Shown here in pieces: positions 58,902 through 64,000 of a stretch of 64,000 nucleotides of DNA. The notes beneath the pieces were generated by a model. The model was not told the origin of the DNA, searched no databases, and was given only the letters and a program-made list of their open reading frames with translations. The translations under genes were made by a program, and so were the position numbers. The stretch is from positions 25-64,024 of IMG/VR virus record IMGVR_UViG_3300031647_000750. One strand, given 5' to 3'. Source of the stretch: a virus. Taxonomy: Duplodnaviria > Heunggongvirae > Uroviricota > Caudoviricetes. Position 1 is the first letter of the stretch. Each line of letters opens with the position of its first letter.

Positions 58902-60147
58902 AATACCAAATACAGAATGGTATGATGTTAACACGGGCGATCATTTATATGGTACATCTATTTCAGTCAATACAGTGTCGTGCGTAAGTGAATCTGATCT
59001 AAGTACTAAGATTATTTGGTTTAAACACCACGGCGATTGTAGATCACTTCCCGTGAGTACGATTTATAATGGAACAGTGCTAAATTGTATACCTACTGAG
59101 TGGATACCATTAATAAACCAAAAAAGAATACATATTGTCATTGATACTATGGAAGAGAGTTGGGGACCTGTTTATAAAAATACAATTAATCATGTAGAGA
59201 GTATTGACTTACATACGATGTTAGAAACAAATGCAGACGAACTCAACATAGATTGTGCTCAGATTACATGGTTAACGGGAGACATGAACGCAGAGGAATA
59301 TTGCAAAGGCAGTAAAATAAATGTAAAAAGTGTTTGTATGTTTTTGTGGAGTTTTGCTAATATTATAGGAACTAGAGACGATGTGACTACCAGCGCATCT
59401 AGTAACATAGATAATTTTATAATATGTCCTAACAGATTTCCAAAAGCACATAGAGGATACACTGTTTCAAGATTAAAAAAAATGCAAGAACAAAATAACG
59501 AATACGCATTTAAACATATTCGTTATAGTTTCCCAAAGGAAATAGATGATTTGCCCGCGTCCACTATTATAGATGCGTATAATAAATTAAAGTATAGAAA
59601 AGAACAATGGCCCGATTATTTTGACAGAAACAACACATTTGATTGGAATGATATCAAAAAGCATATATATGAACTGCATGATACACTTCCGCGTAAATTA
59701 GATGATGTTGATGTTAATACGAATAATTGTGCTGATATACATGCAATAAATAGCATCAGTGAGTATTATCACCAAAGTGCCGTTTGTTTAGTTACAGAAA
59801 CTTGGGCAGAAGGTAGAAAGTTATTTATAAGTGATGCAGTGCTTGCTCCTATACTACACCGCACTCCATTTTTATTAATTGGGTGCAGAGGAAGTCTGTC
59901 ATTTTTACGAAGCAAAGGATTTAAAACATCTGGTGATATCATAGATGAAAGATATGATGACATCGAAGATGATGCAGAGCGATGGGACGCTGTATTAACG
60001 CAAGTTGAGAAACTAGGAAAAGAACAAACAATTTTTTCTATTAAAGAACAATTAAGAGAAGCATTAGATTATAATTTAAATCATATGTTTGACATTGCAC
60101 CACAAGAAGAACAATTGTTTGAAACATTTTTGAGAGGATTAGTATGA
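58879..60147 (+). CDS. Putative glycosyltransferase (GT-B-like C-terminus)
   Basis: NRFPKAHR, LVTET, PFLLIG, LRSKGFKT, DERYD; paralogue of 62012..63226. Confidence 0.5.
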   Translation: MQPLQILKIPNTEWYDVNTGDHLYGTSISVNTVSCVSESDLSTKIIWFKHHGDCRSLPVSTIYNGTVLNCIPTEWIPLINQKRIHIVIDTMEESWGPVYKNTINHVESIDLHTMLETNADELNIDCAQITWLTGDMNAEEYCKGSKINVKSVCMFLWSFANIIGTRDDVTTSASSNIDNFIICPNRFPKAHRGYTVSRLKKMQEQNNEYAFKHIRYSFPKEIDDLPASTIIDAYNKLKYRKEQWPDYFDRNNTFDWNDIKKHIYELHDTLPRKLDDVDVNTNNCADIHAINSISEYYHQSAVCLVTETWAEGRKLFISDAVLAPILHRTPFLLIGCRGSLSFLRSKGFKTSGDIIDERYDDIEDDAERWDAVLTQVEKLGKEQTIFSIKEQLREALDYNLNHMFDIAPQEEQLFETFLRGLV

Positions 60148-60989
60148 TTTTAATAACTGGAGCAAATGGCTTCATCGGAAAACGATTGCGCGAATACGTG
60201 AAATGCATTACTGTTGATTATGATAACTGTGATTATAATGGTAACTTAAACGACATAGACTTTGTCAACACGTTACCTGACGTTGACACCATTATACACT
60301 TAGCGGCTTTCAATAGCACAAAGAACTTTTATAGCACACCATTTAGTGTCATAGATAGTATAGTGACTCCCACAATGAACTTACTCAAGCGTTATCCTAC
60401 TGCGCACTTTGTGTATGCTAGTAGCAGTGAAGGATACGCTAGTACAGTCAATCAAGGATGGGCTACCATACCAACACCAGAAGCAGTTGCACTCACGATA
60501 GAAGACATTCAGAATCCTCGCTGGTGTTATGCTAGTGGTAAGATCGCAATGGAGAGTGCAGTTATTAGCAATAGCATTGAGAACAATAGCACGTATACTA
60601 TCATACGCTTTCATAACATTTACGGACCTGGGCAATTGAATCATTTTATTCCTGAATTCGTAGATCGTCTAAAGCAGGGCGATAGTGTTCTATACGGACA
60701 TAGTGATACAAGAAGTTTCTGTTTCATAGATGATGCATGTGAACTTATTAAGAGAGTGTGCAATACAGAGAACGAGATAATCAACATTGGTTCAGATGTA
60801 GAAACAACTATACTAGATGTGGCACATCAAATAATGGAATTGATGAATATAGATCACACCACACTCAGACTAGAAGATGGACAAGAAGGTAGTACGCCTC
60901 GCAGAGTACCGGACATTACTAAGTTGCGCGGACTAGTACCGAATTTTGAATACGTTAGTCTAAAAGACGGTTTGGAAAAATGTCTATAG
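60144..60989 (+). CDS. NAD-dependent epimerase/dehydratase (extended SDR)
   Basis: TGANGFIG, HLAA, SS, YASGK, RFHNIYGP, TRSFCFIDD. Confidence 0.93.
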   Translation: MILITGANGFIGKRLREYVKCITVDYDNCDYNGNLNDIDFVNTLPDVDTIIHLAAFNSTKNFYSTPFSVIDSIVTPTMNLLKRYPTAHFVYASSSEGYASTVNQGWATIPTPEAVALTIEDIQNPRWCYASGKIAMESAVISNSIENNSTYTIIRFHNIYGPGQLNHFIPEFVDRLKQGDSVLYGHSDTRSFCFIDDACELIKRVCNTENEIINIGSDVETTILDVAHQIMELMNIDHTTLRLEDGQEGSTPRRVPDITKLRGLVPNFEYVSLKDGLEKCL

Positions 60990-60990
60990 A

Positions 60991-61974
60991 ATGAAAATAT
61001 ACTGGAGCAATGGACAAGTCGCCAATATAGAATTAATCAAAAATGATTTCGTTGAATACTGGCATAGTATTGCTGCTCCATTAGAGTCTGCTAATACGCG
61101 CATTGAAACATGGCATTGGCATGAGATACCGAATAAGAATGTACCAGATGCACATGATCATGTTATTAGAAATATAGAGATTGAAAAATTCAATAATAAT
61201 GTAGATGCGTTAGCGACACAACATGATATACAGTTCCCAGGAAAGATGTATGCTGATCAACCACAGATATTCTTAAATAAAATACATCACTTCATCACAC
61301 ATGGTGCGTTTACCCAATCATGGTGGGATCTACCAAATGCAAGTATATCTGATATGGTGAGTGCAAAATATGCGCATTGGAGAGAATACAACTGGGACAA
61401 TCATCACGGGAGTCATGATTTTGATTTGACCAATAAAGATTCTCAGGAAGTTCTTAGAATATTATTTGAAATGAACTGTGAAATACATGAGTATGAAGAA
61501 ACAATTATCTCGCCTAGGAAACAGGAATTACTAGATTGGGGATTTAAGCAAAGCGATGGAGATCATATTATACAACGTTGGAGGAATACCGACAATGATT
61601 TACGAATGTTCGACACTTATCAGATCGACAATGAGTATAGAAAATATTGTACATTTGATACTGATCCAGATATATGGTTGCCGTTTAGTGTATTAGGTAA
61701 AGAATATTTTACTTGCTGGATGGACATGGATAATCCACTGCCATTTGATATTACAAATATTGATCAGCATGCTCATATAGGATTGGAGTGGCAACCAAAT
61801 AGTTTCACTCTACAAGTACTAGGACATAATAATTTCAAACAATACTTATCTGATCACCATGTGCCACACGATGAACGCATAATAGGGAAAATACCATTGG
61901 GATACTGTACAAACAAGCATGAATTGGATTTAGACGAAATCAGTCGTAGTTCTATCACTCATATAGATATGTAA
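60991..61974 (+). CDS. Hypothetical protein (327 aa)
   Basis: Long ORF in the operon; His/Trp-rich. Confidence 0.75.
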   Translation: MKIYWSNGQVANIELIKNDFVEYWHSIAAPLESANTRIETWHWHEIPNKNVPDAHDHVIRNIEIEKFNNNVDALATQHDIQFPGKMYADQPQIFLNKIHHFITHGAFTQSWWDLPNASISDMVSAKYAHWREYNWDNHHGSHDFDLTNKDSQEVLRILFEMNCEIHEYEETIISPRKQELLDWGFKQSDGDHIIQRWRNTDNDLRMFDTYQIDNEYRKYCTFDTDPDIWLPFSVLGKEYFTCWMDMDNPLPFDITNIDQHAHIGLEWQPNSFTLQVLGHNNFKQYLSDHHVPHDERIIGKIPLGYCTNKHELDLDEISRSSITHIDM

Positions 61975-61998
61975 CTAATTAACTACCACTATAATAAT

Positions 61999-62006
61999 CA
62001 TAAATA
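61999..62006 (+). promoter_or_regulatory. Late promoter CATAAATA
   Basis: 5 nt before ATG 62012. Confidence 0.6.
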
Positions 62007-62011
62007 TATAT

Positions 62012-63226
62012 ATGCAAATATATATAACTGATAGTACCAAAACAACAAACCAATTAACTAAGAATGTATCACTAGTAGGCGAAGGTGGAAAGGCAATTAC
62101 TGCCTTTTTAACAAAAGAGCATATAACTCATACACGTCCTGATACTTTCTATTACTACTATGTATATGCAGACAATGCCACATTTCTATTGTTAGATGTA
62201 ATAGGAAATGACGGAATTTCTGAACAACTATACGTACCAACAGAAGTAGCCAATGATGTTAGAACAGGACGTTGTAAAATTATACTAGATCATTCGCTTG
62301 AAGGATTTCCATCTAGGTATTATAATTCAATTAATTTTCAAAAATTCTTAGGAGAGTTCGCAGATAATACTATTTACTTATCTGGTGACTATATAAGAGG
62401 TACTGAACAATTTGTAGATACACAGTATTCTAATTATTGGGAGTTATTATGTTCAAAAATGACGACACGTAATACAGTAATGCATTCATACACAGATGCA
62501 AAGATTAATATAACCTCTCCTACTAAATTTAAAGCAATATGTAAAAATAGATTAACACGTCCACATCGGATAGAGATTGTTAAACGCATAAATGATTTAA
62601 ATTTGCAACACGATATTAACTATAGTTTTGGAATAGTACCACACCACGGCACAGGTTTGAATTTTACATTACTAGGTCTTACTCGTGTTATTAATAAAAC
62701 TGCACGAATATGGAATCATGATGTAAATGAACTGACCGCATGGGTGATAAGACACGGAGAAAAACATTTATTCCATGAGTACGTTAACCTAGCAGAGAAC
62801 CAAGCACGCACTGTTACTGATGAATTACTAAATGCACACTTGGATTCGTACTTTGAAATGATTGTCGAAACAAACTACACAGAACATACTATATTTCATA
62901 GTGAAAAAACATTTAAATCAATATCGTGGTTACAGCCATTTGTGATGTTCGCAGAACGATATAGTGTACAGGCGCTGCGTGAAATGGGATATGATGTATT
63001 TGATGATTTCATAGATCATAGTTATGATAGCATTGCTGATCCTATAGAACGAATGACAGCAACGTTTCTAGAAGTCACTAGGTTGTGTGATATTAGCCAT
63101 GATGATTGGTTGAAAATATATACACAGATTACAGATAGATTGGTCAACAATAGGAAACACTTGCTTACATGTGAAGAAAGATCAACTGTATTACTTAACA
63201 TAAAAAACAATGGAGAATCATGTTAA
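62012..63226 (+). CDS. Putative glycosyltransferase, paralogue of 58879..60147
   Basis: NRLTRPHR, IVET, SEKTFK, QPF, LREMGY, DHSYD. Confidence 0.55.
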   Translation: MQIYITDSTKTTNQLTKNVSLVGEGGKAITAFLTKEHITHTRPDTFYYYYVYADNATFLLLDVIGNDGISEQLYVPTEVANDVRTGRCKIILDHSLEGFPSRYYNSINFQKFLGEFADNTIYLSGDYIRGTEQFVDTQYSNYWELLCSKMTTRNTVMHSYTDAKINITSPTKFKAICKNRLTRPHRIEIVKRINDLNLQHDINYSFGIVPHHGTGLNFTLLGLTRVINKTARIWNHDVNELTAWVIRHGEKHLFHEYVNLAENQARTVTDELLNAHLDSYFEMIVETNYTEHTIFHSEKTFKSISWLQPFVMFAERYSVQALREMGYDVFDDFIDHSYDSIADPIERMTATFLEVTRLCDISHDDWLKIYTQITDRLVNNRKHLLTCEERSTVLLNIKNNGESC

Positions 63227-64000
63227 CAAAGGAAGAAACATTAAAAAAATGGGTATGCACTAAACCTTGGAACTACTTAGATGTTAATCACTTTGGGTCA
63301 TACATGTGTTGTCCAAGTTGGCTACCAACAAGTATTGATGATGTTGGTACAGGAAATCAAGTATCTATTACCGAAGGTTGGTTTGGCGAAACAGCAGAAC
63401 AGATTCGTGCAAGTGTACTAGATGGTAGTTTTAGTTATTGCGATCACACATTGTGTCCCGATATAAGCGAAGTATTAGCAGGACGTACAACTGAAAGTTA
63501 TAACTTTAAATTAAAAGAAAACTTCCAGCCGCCCAAAGTTCCCATGGTAGAAACTATACTGTATGGACAAGACAGAAGTTGCAACATGAAATGTCCTAGT
63601 TGTAGACATGATGTTATACCAAACGACAATGTAAACAGTGATACTCATAAGAAAAAACAATCAGTACAAGATGAGATTGAAGATACATTTGGTAGTAGCA
63701 TTAAACAAATAATGCTAACTGGCTCCGGCGATCCCATTTATAGTAAAATATATAGAGACTTCCTAATTAATTTTAATGCTTTAAAATATCCAAATATAAA
63801 TGATATTCAGATAGTCACAAACGGTGTATTACTTAATGAGAAAATGTGGAATAGTTTTAACTGCCAACAATATATTAAAACGCTTGATATAAGTTTAGAT
63901 GCTGGCACAAAAGATACTTATGAAAACGTTACAAGACTGGGCGGGATATGGGAATCTTTAATTAACAATATTAAATTCCTAGTCAACTTAAAGGATATGA
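63220..64000 (+). CDS. Radical SAM protein with an N-terminal Cys-rich domain, 3'-truncated and not in the ORF track
   Basis: GGAG SD; MLTKEETLKKWVCTKPW...CCPSW...CDHTLCP...CNMKCPSC...GSGDP...TNG...ISLDAGT. Confidence 0.88.
   Translation, partial: MLTKEETLKKWVCTKPWNYLDVNHFGSYMCCPSWLPTSIDDVGTGNQVSITEGWFGETAEQIRASVLDGSFSYCDHTLCPDISEVLAGRTTESYNFKLKENFQPPKVPMVETILYGQDRSCNMKCPSCRHDVIPNDNVNSDTHKKKQSVQDEIEDTFGSSIKQIMLTGSGDPIYSKIYRDFLINFNALKYPNINDIQIVTNGVLLNEKMWNSFNCQQYIKTLDISLDAGTKDTYENVTRLGGIWESLINNIKFLVNLKDM

Noticed and set aside
1-64000. Stop-codon reassignment
   Set aside because: Core genes are full length in code 11, and both TAG (51248) and TGA (23097) act as stops.

Overview
This window is part of an AT-rich, T4-like (jumbo-type) myovirus genome in the standard genetic code. 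I found no tRNA, rRNA, CRISPR array or IS element. The left half is mostly on the minus strand. It carries two long Ala-rich fibre genes, three accessory virion proteins, and an inverted three-gene early cassette. It then carries the head module (gp23 capsid, gp22 scaffold, gp21 protease, an acidic core protein, gp20 portal), two paralogous tape-measure-like genes, and a divergent gp26-like/gp51-like pair joined by a -1 frameshift signal. These are followed by a ~740-bp non-coding locus, a GIY-YIG nuclease, gp46/gp47 and the gp55 late sigma factor. The right half is on the plus strand. It carries a nucleotidyltransferase, the baseplate module (gp54/48-like, gp53, hub, gp5, lysozyme-like, HNH, gp25, gp6, a 3432-aa wedge protein, tail-tip proteins) and a glycosyltransferase / DHFR-TS / NDP-sugar / radical-SAM cluster. 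Two promoter classes are visible: near-perfect sigma70 promoters and T4-type TAAATA late promoters. The best candidate for an undescribed system is 23820-24560. There a consensus sigma70 promoter fires into a G-free repeat leader, then a richly base-paired ORF-less segment (about 550 nt in total), then an AT-rich tract and two GNA-loop DNA hairpins on the RNA-sense strand. This is either a large ncRNA or an RNA-primed (ColE1/T4 R-loop-like) origin, and it sits directly behind a GIY-YIG gene. Other strong observations are the -1 frameshift, twin tape-measure paralogues of identical length (686 aa), and a possibly virion-packaged nucleotidyltransferase. All protein calls come from motif recognition and synteny; no searches were run.
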